A stretch of DNA of 64,000 nucleotides from Octopus sinensis (taxonomy: Eukaryota). A program made the translations under genes and the position numbers. Each line of letters opens with the position of its first letter. The stretch's first letter is position 1. The notes beneath the pieces are model-generated. The model ran no database searches, had not been told where the DNA came from, and saw only the letters and a program-made list of their open reading frames with translations. Where the stretch lies: the NCBI RefSeq assembly GCF_006345805.1, contig NC_043011.1:46822464-46886463 (forward strand), read 5' to 3'. Positions 49,083 through 59,454 of the stretch are shown piece by piece.

Positions 49083-49230
49083 TAGGCTACTTTCAGTTTC
49101 CATCTACCAAATCCACTCACAAGGCTTTGGTTGACCCGAGGCTATAGAAGACTCTTGAACAAGGTGTAACACAGTTGGGACTGAACCAAGAACAATGTGG
49201 TTGAGAAGCATGCTTCTTACCACACAGCCA
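49083..49230 (-). mobile_element. SINE family A, 5' part
   Basis: ttcagtttccatctaccaaatccactcacaaggctttgg..gggactgaacc. Confidence 0.8.
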
Positions 49231-50239
49231 GATGTATACAGAGACACTGATACTATAAATATATATATATATTTATATATCTGTACATATATATATATAC
49301 ACACATATATATGCATGTACATATATATAAATATATGTATTATATGCATACAAATGTAACACAAATATATGTATGTGTATGTGTATAGGTGTGTATTATC
49401 ATGTTTGTATAGGTTGCCCCTTGTTATGTAGCTGATGGTGCCCCATGGCCTCACCTTGTAACATTCAAGTAGTTATAAATATGCAATATATTTTTTTTTC
49501 ATTTGCTAAGTTTTCAGTTTGATAATGAAAAAAAAAAGCAGTAATTTTGATGCTGTTTTCATCACTTTACTTCGTTTACTTGCCAGGAGGTAATGAATCA
49601 ACGCACATATGCTAACGAGTTTGATTGATGAAAGATTTTCATCAGAAGGAGTTTATGGTGGAATCAAACATTACTTGGACAGCAATTTGCTCGCAACTGA
49701 GAACCAAGGAAACAGGAGAATGATGGAGAGATGGAAGGGTGATGTGATGGAGGAGAGAGAGCAATTGATGATGATGATGATGTTGATGATGATGAGGAAG
49801 AGGAGAAGGAGGAGTGGACAGAATGATGACATTTGAAATGCAACACAACAACAACAACAACAGCAACAAACAAACATATACTTGACGTAATTGAATGTGG
49901 CTTTGAAATATCATCTGTCATTGAATTCCCTACTCTGTTAAAAGTGCAATCAATGGAATTTACTGGTAGCTTGGTTTTGTTTGATTTCTACAAGATAACG
50001 CCATTGCTACTGAGAGCCAATGAAAATGTCCCTCTGCAGCCTGTCCATCTGCTAGATGAAGCAGCTGAATCTAAATTTCGTATCATATTTTGATGTCTTA
50101 AATATAAAGAGACACATTGTACACCGAAAATCCAGCTGTACAAAACTTCCGAGATGGTTATGGTTGGAAAATTTGTGATTGTAGTTCTACAAAATAGGAG
50201 CTGACCTGGTGTTAAACAATAAATTAAGACATTAATTGC

Positions 50240-50397
50240 TCAGGTTTGGGTGTGCAGTAAGAAACTTGCTTCCCAACCACAGGATTCTGTGTTCAATCCC
50301 ACTACATGGTGCCTTGGGCAAGTGTCTTCTATTATAGCATTGGGTCGTCCAAAGATTTGTGAGTGGATTTCATAGATGGAAACTGAGAGAAACCTGA

Positions 50398-50429
<32 letters not shown>

Positions 50430-50640
50430 CATCTTTGTGTCTGTGTTTATACCCTACTGCTACTTGATAACTGGTGCTGGTGTGTTTACATCCCCATAAC
50501 TTAACAGTTTAGCAAAATCGACTGATCAAAAAGTACCAGGCTTACAGAGAAATTAGTACTGGGGTTGATTCAGTTGAGCAAAAGATTCTTCAAATTGGCA
50601 TCCCAGTATGACCGCAGTCTAATGATTAAAACAAGTTAAA
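50240..50640 (+). mobile_element. SINE family A, diverged
   Basis: gttcaatcccact..ccttgggcaagtgtcttctattatagc, tail ccagtatgaccgcagtctaatgattaaaacaag. Confidence 0.8.
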
Positions 50641-50657
50641 GATGCAAAATGGTAACA

Positions 50658-51050
50658 ATCATCATCATCGTTTAACGTCCATTTTCCATGGTAGCATGGG
50701 TTGGACGGTTCGACCAGGGTCTGGGAAGCCAGGAGGCTGCACCAGGCTCCAGTCTGATCTGGCAGTGTTTCTACAGCTGGATGCCCTTTCTAACACCAAC
50801 CACTCTGTGAGTGTAGTGGATGCTTTTTACGTGACAGCAGCACAGGGGCCAGATGAGGCTGGCAACATCCACTATCGGTTGGTGCTTTTTACATGCCACC
50901 AGCATGGAAGCCAAGCAAGGTGGTGCTGGCATCGGCCACATTCGGATGGGGGCTTTTTACGTGCCACTGGCATGGGTATTACAACTACAATTTCCATTTG
51001 ATTTTTATTTTGACGTTGATGTACTTGACTCAATAGGTCTCAATAGTCAA
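50658..51050 (-). mobile_element. RTE 3'-end copy
   Basis: catcgtttaacgtccattttccatg.. plus repeated ttttacgtgcc units. Confidence 0.85.
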
Positions 51051-51224
51051 ACAAAAATGATTGGCTGGATATTACATTTGGGTTGGATTAGGGTACATCT
51101 AATTATATCAACAAAAGCATTTGAAGCAGGAAAGGGTACAGTTGGTTATATCAACCCCGGTAGATAAGGTGAAGGAACGGATTGCTGATTACATCAACTC
51201 TGAATATTTTGCTAATATTAAGGC

Positions 51225-51440
51225 AGTAAGCAGGGAGAATGGTTAACACCCTTGGCAAAATGCATAGCAGGATTTCACCTGTCTTTAAGTTCTGAGTTCA
51301 AATTCCATCAAGGTTGACTTTGTGTTTCATCCTTTTGGGCTCACTAAAATGAGTACCAGTTGAACTGTGGATTTGATGTAATTAACTTAAGCACTACCCT
51401 ACAATTGCTGGTCTTGTGCCAAAATGTGAAACCAGTATTT
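51225..51440 (+). mobile_element. SINE family B'
   Basis: gagttcaaattcc..gttgactttgtgtttcatcc..gctggtcttgtgccaaaatgtgaaacc. Confidence 0.72.
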
Positions 51441-51454
51441 CACTGATATTTATT

Positions 51455-51790
51455 GTGCAAAGGTGCATGGCTCAGTGGTTAGAGTGTTGGGCTCATAATC
51501 ATGAGGCAGTGAGTTCGGCTACTGGACTGGGTTGAGGTGTTGTGTTCTTGAGCAAGACACTTATTTCACATTACTCCAGTTCACTCAGTTGTAGAAATGA
51601 GTTATGTCAACAGTGCCAAGCTGTATTTGCCTTTCTCTTGGATAACATTGGGAGCATAGAGAGGGGAGGCTGGTATGCATGGTTGACTGCTGGTCTTTCA
51701 TAAACAACCTCGTCCAGACTTGTGCCTCGGAGGATGGCTAAGTGCAATTCCTTAGTAATTTACAACCAGAGGAGGTGGTCTTTACCCTAT
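51455..51790 (+). mobile_element. tRNA/CORE-type SINE variant
   Basis: Homologous to 39153-39445. Confidence 0.8.
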
Positions 51791-51879
51791 TGTTCTCTGA
51801 AAGCCAGAGAAGAAGAATGATGATGGGATTTGAACTCAGCTCATAAAAGGACATGATGAAATAGCAAACTACTGCTCTT

Positions 51880-52270
51880 CCAACTTGTTTCAGTCATTTG
51901 ACTGCGGCCATGCTGGAGCACCGCCTTTAGTCGAGCAAATTGACCCCAGGACTTATTCGTTGTAACCCTAGTACTTATTCTATCAGTCACTTTTACCAAA
52001 CCGCTAAGTTACAGGGACGTAAACACACCAGCATTGGTTGTCAAGCGATGTTGGGGGGACAAACACAGACACACAAACACACACATACACATACATATAC
52101 ATATATATGATGGGCTTCTTTCAGTTTCCGTCTACCAAATTCACTAACAAGGCTTTCGTCAGCCCGAGGCTATAGTAGAAGACACTTGCCCAAGGTGCCA
52201 CACAGTGGGACTGAACCCGGAACCATGTGGTTGGTAAGCAAGCTACTTACCACACAGCCACTCCTGTGCC
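51880..52270 (-). mobile_element. SINE family A, full length
   Basis: Complete family motifs in reverse orientation. Confidence 0.93.
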
Positions 52271-52789
52271 TACTACAAGGATCATAATAATAAAAAGATA
52301 ACTAATAATAATAATACTATGAAGAAGAATAGGAAGAAAAGAAGGCCAACAACTTCTTAAAATGATTCTAACACAGAAAATGAGAAAAAGCTGTAAACCA
52401 TCAATATATCTGGGCAGTCGTAGCAAAGGTATGATGGTTGTTATCGAAGTATTGTCGGTTTTGTGGTGATGGTGGTGGTAATGATAGTGATGATGGTGTT
52501 GATGGTGGTGGTGGTGGTGGTAGTTGTGTAGAGGGGATGATGATGATGATGATGATGATAAGGAGAGGTGTATGAAGTCAATGGTGATATATAAGAAGGA
52601 AACTAGAGAGTCTGAAAGGAAGGAGAAAGAGAAATACAACATTGTTGTTGCTGCTGCTAGGGCTGAAGATGATGGTGATGATAAGAAAAATGCCAGAGAT
52701 AGCAAACGACTGGCGATGACAGCATTGACAATGAAGAAAGTGATGACAAAATGAAAGGCAAAGCTTCTGGAAGATTTTCTTCATGATAT

Positions 52790-52852
52790 ACTATATACAT
52801 ATGCACAAACACACACACACACAAAAACACACACACTCGTGCACATGCACAC

Positions 52853-52887
<35 letters not shown>

Positions 52888-53010
52888 TGTATGTATGTAT
52901 GTATATATGTATATATATATATATACATACATACATATATATATACATATATAAACTTACATACATATACATACATACATACATATATACATACATATAT
53001 ATATACAGAT
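52790..53010. repeat. CA/TATG/TACA microsatellites
   Basis: Direct reading. Confidence 0.93.
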
Positions 53011-53877
53011 ATATAAAGTTAATCCAAACAAGAAAGCACAAAAAAACACAACAACACAAGGACGTGGAACAAATATAGTATTATTGGACGCTCAGGAAAT
53101 ATATATATACAGATATATATATATATACATACATATGTATATGCACACATATATATATATATATACATACATACATTTATTCACACACGCATACAAGCAG
53201 ATGTGTGTGAATAAATAAACAAAATCATGATATTATCTATATATATATATAATTGTAAATATATATATACACATATATACAGATATGCACGTTATGATAC
53301 CATACAATCACAATTATTGTTATTCATATTATTATGATTATCATTACAGCTACTAAGAAAGAAAAAATGCTTTAAATCAATGTATTCTTTAGTTCATGAG
53401 GCTATCTTTCTTTACAAAATAAATATCCAAAGAAAATCAACCTGGCTTTTATAAACACAAGACCAAGGCTTCGAGTATTGGCAAGTGGTTGTTCAAGAAA
53501 TGGGCTGCCAAAATTGAAGTGCAACCAATCAGCCGGTGTGCCTTAAAAAACAGAAAGACCCATCAACTATAGTAATCAATAACTGAATTAGTAAGTTGTT
53601 GTTGTCATTGGTGTCGTCAGCTATGGCAGTGGTGGTGGTGGTGGTAGTGGTGGTATCATTTTGCAACCACCAGCCCTAGGAGTGTGTGTATGTGGCTCAG
53701 TTAATATTTCTTCTCCATTTGTCTCTCTTCTCAGCTGATTTTATAAATTGTGACATCTTCAATTCTGTTATCTCCAAAATCACAACGGTTTTTTGTTATA
53801 TGTCTTCCTCTTGAACTTTTTCCAACACCCAACAATTATTGTATGTCATCTACCTTTATAGCAATAATAAATAAAAA

Positions 53878-54342
53878 TAAATGCGCCCTTTTAAAGCCTA
53901 GCCAGGCTCATGGGCCTGGTTTCCCGGTTTCTATGGTGTATGTGTTACCCAGCTGGATGAGATGCTGGTCCATCACAAGACTACTCATTTTTGCCAGGTG
54001 AGTGGACTGGAGCAACGTGAAATGAAGTGTTTTGCTCAAGAACACAACGCATCGCCCAGTCCAGGAATTGAAACCACAATCTTATGATCATGATGCTTAC
54101 ACCCTCACTACTAAGCTACGCGTTCCCACAAATGCGCCCTTTTAAATCCTAGCCAGGCTCATGGGCCCGGTTTCTATGGCATATGTGTTCCCCAGTTGGA
54201 CAGGACCCCAGTCCATTGCAGTGTTACTCATTTTTGCCAGCTGAGTGGACTGGAGCAACACGTCTCCCAGTCCAGGAATTGAAACCACAATCTTACGATC
54301 GTGGTGCTGACACCCTAACCACTAAGCCACGCGCCTCCACTT
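53878..54342 (-). mobile_element. Two tandem tRNA/CORE-type SINEs
   Basis: aaatgcgcccttttaaa..ctagccaggctcatggg starts both units; CORE-like gttcttgagcaaaacacttcatttcacgttgctccagtccactca. Confidence 0.9.
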
Positions 54343-54364
54343 AACTTTATAGCAATGCTCAAAC

Positions 54365-54860
54365 TTAAGATGTCTAAGATTTTTGTTTGTCCAGTTTTTT
54401 TTTACAAGTCTCTACTCAATTCCAAATCGGTCAGCACAAAGTGATATGTCCCTTTTTTTTTTGTCTGTCCTGCAAAATCTTGGCTTTCTCTTACTTACAA
54501 CACCAAAATTAGTAAATTCTCTTTTCAAACAGCTGTATATTTTTTTTTTTTGAACCCAACATTCAGATCCATAGATTGATATTTGAAATATCAAAGTGTG
54601 CAGGAATTTCAACCTGGCCTTTTTACTTATTGATGGATTTTCACAAATATGGTTTTTAAGAAGAGCAGCAGATATTGCTATAACAAATATCTCTTTTTAT
54701 CTCTTTGCTGTCATCATATTGATTTGTTATAATACTTCTAAGATAGAAATTCATTCACCACTGTGACAGTTTGATTATCAATTATTATAGGATTATCTTG
54801 ACCATATGTTCCTGATATAATCTTTAATTCAGTTTTGTCAAAAAGTGAGCTATATTCTTT
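54365..54860 (-). pseudogene. Decayed RTE-clade LINE RT C-terminal fragment (different family)
   Basis: Broken frames give IIDNQTVTVVNEF, YLRSIITNQYDDSKEIKR and KFLHTLIFQISIYGSECWV. Confidence 0.75.
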
Positions 54861-55385
54861 CTGTTTTTCTTTCAATTTTTTTTTGCCAAAATCCTTAGTT
54901 TTTCTAAGCTGGTAGTCACTAAGAAAATCCGATGTAGATGAATGGCTTCAAAAGCTGTGCACGCCATGTAAAGGTTTTGTGCTCAACGGAGAGAGAGTGA
55001 GAGAGACAGAAAGAGAGAGCGCATGTAATGAGTTAAGTGAAGGGATTAACAGATAGATAGGAGTTCATCAAGGCTTGTTTCTTAACCAATTGCTGTTTAT
55101 GATAATTTTGTAGACCATTACAGAGAATTTTAAGTTTAGCTGTCTATGTTTAACTTCTATATGTCAGTATCGTTTTTCTCATGGTTGGATCTTCCAAAGA
55201 ATTAGAGAGAAAATTTCATCTTCGGACATAGAGCCTAGGACTGAGAAACTTTAAAGTAAAATGAATACAAAAATTTTAGGAAGAAAGGAATCGAGACTGT
55301 AATGTCAACTGAGAAGTGGCCGATATCATTATGTAGAAAAGGAGTCAATAGAAGTTCCATACTTATATATATGTATGTATGTATG

Positions 55386-55422
<37 letters not shown>

Positions 55423-55523
55423 TATATATATATATATATATATATATTTATTTATATATATATATATTTATTTAGTAACAGAAAAGAGAAATTTCGGTTG
55501 TCCCCACGTGGTGGATTGAAATG

Positions 55524-55675
55524 TATATCAGAAAAATAAAAACGGAAAATACGCACACTTACATGGTTATACTATAATTTTTAATGTTTCGCAATTGCGA
55601 AACCGGTCGATACGTTAAAAATTATACTATTACCATGTAAGTGTGCATATTTTCCGTTTTTATTTTTCTTATATA
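55524..55675. repeat. Fold-back palindrome centred on tttcgc-aatt-gcgaaa, containing a hammerhead 3' half
   Basis: About 62-bp outer arms; left arm lacks 10 nt; GAAA-ccg-GTC at 55599-55608. Confidence 0.88.
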
Positions 55676-56589
55676 TTTATTTATATATATATATATTTAT
55701 ATACATATACATTTATATACATATATATATATCTATATTTATATATATTTATATACATATATATATAATATATATATATATATTTATATTTATATATATT
55801 TATATTTATATATATTTATATACATATATATGTATATATGTATATATATATTTATATTTGTATATATTTATATACATATATATATATGTATATATATATT
55901 TATATTTATATATATTTATATGTATACATATATTTATATTTATATATATTTATATACATATATATATATCATCATCATCATCATCGTTTAGCGTCCGTTT
56001 TCCATGCTAGCATGGGTTGGACGGTTCTACTGGGGTCTGTGAAGCCAGAAGGCTTCATCAGGCCCAGTCAAATCTGGCAGTGTTTCTACGGCTGGATGCC
56101 CTTCCTAACGCCAACCACTCCGTGAGTGTAGTGGGTGCTTTTTACGTGCCACCCGCACTGGTGCCAGACAGAGCTGGCAAACGGCCACGAACGGATGGTG
56201 CTTTTTATGTGCCACCGGCACGAGGGCCAGGCGAGGCTGGCAACGGACACGAAACGGGGCGGTGCTGGCAACGGTCGCGAAACGGAAAGTTCTCTTACAT
56301 GCCACCGGCACTGGTAACACATCTGCAATTTCCATTGATCGATTTCCATTGACGATTTCCATTGATCGATTTCGATTCTGATTGTCACTTGCCTCAACAG
56401 GTCTTCACAAGCAGAGTTTTGACATGCCACCAGCACTGGTAGCACATCCGCAATTTCCATTGATCGATTTCGATTCTGATCCTCACTTGCCTCATCACGT
56501 CTTCACAAGTAGAGTTTTGTGTCCCAAGAAGGGAAGGTATGCATACGTAGGCTGGCTCCATCCCATGTAGAAGGCCACGGGTTATGGAC

Positions 56590-58320
56590 TCACTTGTCCT
56601 GCCGGGTCTTCTCGCGCACAGCACACTTCCAGAGGTCTCGGTCTCTAGTCATTTCCTCAGTGAGACCTAAAGTTCGAAGGTCGTGCTTCACCACCTCGTC
56701 CCAGGTTTTCCTGGGTCTGCCTCTTCCACAGGTTCCCTCAACCGCTAGGGTGTGGCACTTTTTCACACAACTATCTTCATCCATTCTCGCCACATGACCA
56801 TACCAGCGCAAACGTCTCTCTTGCACACCACAACTGATGCTTCTTAGGTCCAGCTTTTCTCTCAAGGTACTTACACTCTGCCGAGTGTGAGTACCGGCAT
56901 TACACATCCATCGGAGCATACTGGCTTCATTTCTAGCGAGCTTACGCATATCCTCAGCAGTCACGGCCCATGTTTCACTGCCATGTAGCATGGCTGTTCG
57001 TACACACGCATCATACAGTCTGCCTTTCACTCTGTGCGAGAGGCCTCTTGTCACCAGTAGATGTAAGAGCTCTCTGAACTTTGCCCAAGCTATTCTTACT
57101 CTAGCAGTTACACTTTCTGCACACCCGCCCCCGCTGCTGACTTGGTCACCTAGGTAACGGAAACTATCAACTATTTCTAGTTTTTCTCCCTGGAAAGTGA
57201 CGGAAGTTGGTCTCAGAGCATTTTCAGTGTTTATTGTTCCTGAGCATCTGCCACATACAAAAACCATCTTCCTAGTTAGCCTTCCTTTGACATTGCTGCA
57301 TCTCTTATGTGTCCATAGCTTACACTTGGTGCATCTTATAGAGTTTCTACCTACACCTTTTCTACAGATCGAGCAGGGCCATCTACCTGAAGGTGTTTGT
57401 GATTTGTCTACCTTCCTACTGATTACGACTTTGGTTTTAGCTAGATTGACTCTGAGGCCCTTCGATTCTAATCCTTGTTTCCACACCTGAAACTTCTCCT
57501 CCAGTTCTGATAGCGACTCAGCAATTAGAGCAAGGTCATCAGCATAGAGGAGCTCCCAAGGGCATCCTGTCTTGAATTCCTCCGTTATTGCCTGGAGGAC
57601 TATGATAAATAGGAGGGGGCTGAGTACTGAGCCTTGGTGGACTCCTACCTCTACCCGGAATTCTTCACTGTACACATTTCCAACCCTCACCCTACTAGCG
57701 GCGTCCCTGTACATGGCCCACACAGCTCTCACTAACCATTCATCTATCCCTAGTTTCCTCATTGCCCACCAGATAAGGGATCGGGGGACCCTGTCGAAGG
57801 CTTTCTCCATGTCAACAAAAGCCAGGTACAGGGGCTTATCTTTGGCTAGGTATTTCTCCTGCAGCTGCCTTACCAGGAATATAGCATCAGTAGTACTTTT
57901 CCCTGGCACAAACCCAAACTGCATCTCATCTAAACTAACTCTCTCTCTAATTAGTTGGGCTATGACCCTCTCCGTAACCTTCATCACCTGGTCCAACAGC
58001 TTGATACCTCTGTAGTTATTTGTATCTAGGGCATCACCTTTACCTTTGTAGCAGTTGACTATTATACTGCTACACCAGTCATTGGGTATGACCCCTTTGT
58101 GTATCACCTGATTAACTATACGGGTGACTAGGCTATAGCCGACACTACCAGACATTTTGAGCATCTCTGCAGTGATTCCTGATGGGCCTGGGGCTTTCCC
58201 TGTCTTCATGCTTCTAATTGCCTTAGCTACCACGGAACTATCAACTCGGATAGCTGGTCCCTCTGTTGGGTCAACATTCGGCAGACTCTCTTTATCCCAT
58301 TCATTTTCTTCATTCAGCAA
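56590..58320 (-). CDS. RTE LINE reverse transcriptase (576-aa open segment) with inserted PHD-type finger
   Basis: KAPGPSG, NYRGIKLL, QFGFVPGKSTTDAIF, FVDMEKAFDRV, GVHQGSVLSPLLF, YADD (57535-57546), FRYLG, MLHGSETW, RLRWYGHVAR, GRGRPRKTW; C4HC3 motif at 57244-57375. Confidence 0.95.
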   Translation of the reverse strand: MLNEENEWDKESLPNVDPTEGPAIRVDSSVVAKAIRSMKTGKAPGPSGITAEMLKMSGSVGYSLVTRIVNQVIHKGVIPNDWCSSIIVNCYKGKGDALDTNNYRGIKLLDQVMKVTERVIAQLIRERVSLDEMQFGFVPGKSTTDAIFLVRQLQEKYLAKDKPLYLAFVDMEKAFDRVPRSLIWWAMRKLGIDEWLVRAVWAMYRDAASRVRVGNVYSEEFRVEVGVHQGSVLSPLLFIIVLQAITEEFKTGCPWELLYADDLALIAESLSELEEKFQVWKQGLESKGLRVNLAKTKVVISRKVDKSQTPSGRWPCSICRKGVGRNSIRCTKCKLWTHKRCSNVKGRLTRKMVFVCGRCSGTINTENALRPTSVTFQGEKLEIVDSFRYLGDQVSSGGGCAESVTARVRIAWAKFRELLHLLVTRGLSHRVKGRLYDACVRTAMLHGSETWAVTAEDMRKLARNEASMLRWMCNAGTHTRQSVSTLREKLDLRSISCGVQERRLRWYGHVARMDEDSCVKKCHTLAVEGTCGRGRPRKTWDEVVKHDLRTLGLTEEMTRDRDLWKCAVREKTRQDK

Positions 58321-58642
58321 CCTTTCATAGTGGCATCTCCAAACCTCTCTCTTGCATCCTCATTTAGCGCAAGTGAACCATCTTCCATGCGAACACACTT
58401 CTCTCCTACCACATCACGATTCTCTCTCACACACTGTCTTGCAACACGAAACACCTCCAGTCTTTGGTCCTCACGGCGCAGAACATTGGCAAATTTTTTC
58501 TTATCTGCTTCCCCTCTGGCTAAATAAACCTGTCTCCTAGCTTCTCTTTTGGCAGTCTGATACAATCCCCTGCTACCCCCTTTCCAGACCTTCCAAGCCT
58601 GTCTCTTTTCTCTAATAGCCCTGTCTACAATATGTTCCACCA
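58321..58642 (-). pseudogene. Frameshifted upstream linker of the same RTE ORF
   Basis: [30 protein letters not shown]; a 1-nt loss near 58352 separates it from EVWRCHYERLLNEENEW. Confidence 0.85.
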
Positions 58643-58648
58643 ATATAT

Positions 58649-58766
<118 letters not shown>

Positions 58767-59125
58767 TATATATATATATATATATAGATAGATGATAGAT
58801 AGATAGATATATAGTTAGATAGATAAAAAGAGACATGCATGTATACATACATGAGCATGTCAAGATATGTAACTATATGCATGAGAATACTAAAAGCCAA
58901 ACATGCAAATCTGCACATATACATACATATATACATGGAAACAAACAAAAATATCCTGTTGCTGATATTCAAATTCCAGGATATTGAAATTCTAGATTCA
59001 AGGAGCCTTGAATCTAGGTTAGAAACCGGTTCTTTCTCTATTGGCAAGAAATCTTGAAATAAAACTTATCAATGATATAAATACTTACAGATAAATGTTA
59101 TCGTGATAGTTGTAGTGTAACATAG

Positions 59126-59165
<40 letters not shown>

Positions 59166-59454
59166 AGCAGTGGAGGAAGTAGAAATTATGGTGATGAAAA
59201 TGAGGAAAATTTTGTAGGTTGACAATGGTCAGGTGATGTTGATGTTATCAAATTGATAAACATGTCCTCAAGAACAATCCATCTCATTCATTTAAGAGTA
59301 AACTGTGCAAAACTCAAATTAAAAATGTATACAACAAAAAAATCGATACAGCAAAAAAATCAATACAAATATATAAATAAATAAATAAATTCACTCTGAG
59401 GGGTTTTTACTAATTTCCAAATGAGGGATGTAATAAGAGGAAAACACTTCACAT

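Larger units (their letters stand above)
55970..58642 (-). mobile_element. 5'-truncated RTE-clade LINE, young, inserted in a (TA)-rich microsatellite
   Basis: Linker plus RT ORF, about 620-nt 3'UTR, (GAT)n tail at 55970-55985; TA-rich tracts on both sides. Confidence 0.95.

Noticed and set aside
49833-50093. 86-aa ORF with protein-like composition
   Set aside because: No recognisable motif or splice sites; length is within chance expectation
431-53078. Dozens of 60-230-aa ORFs rich in YI, CV, HT, poly-M/D/I/N
   Set aside because: They are translations of TA, GT, CA, GAT and AAT microsatellites with no domain content
57197-58540. Plus-strand ORFs of 62-147 aa
   Set aside because: Antisense shadows of the RTE RT
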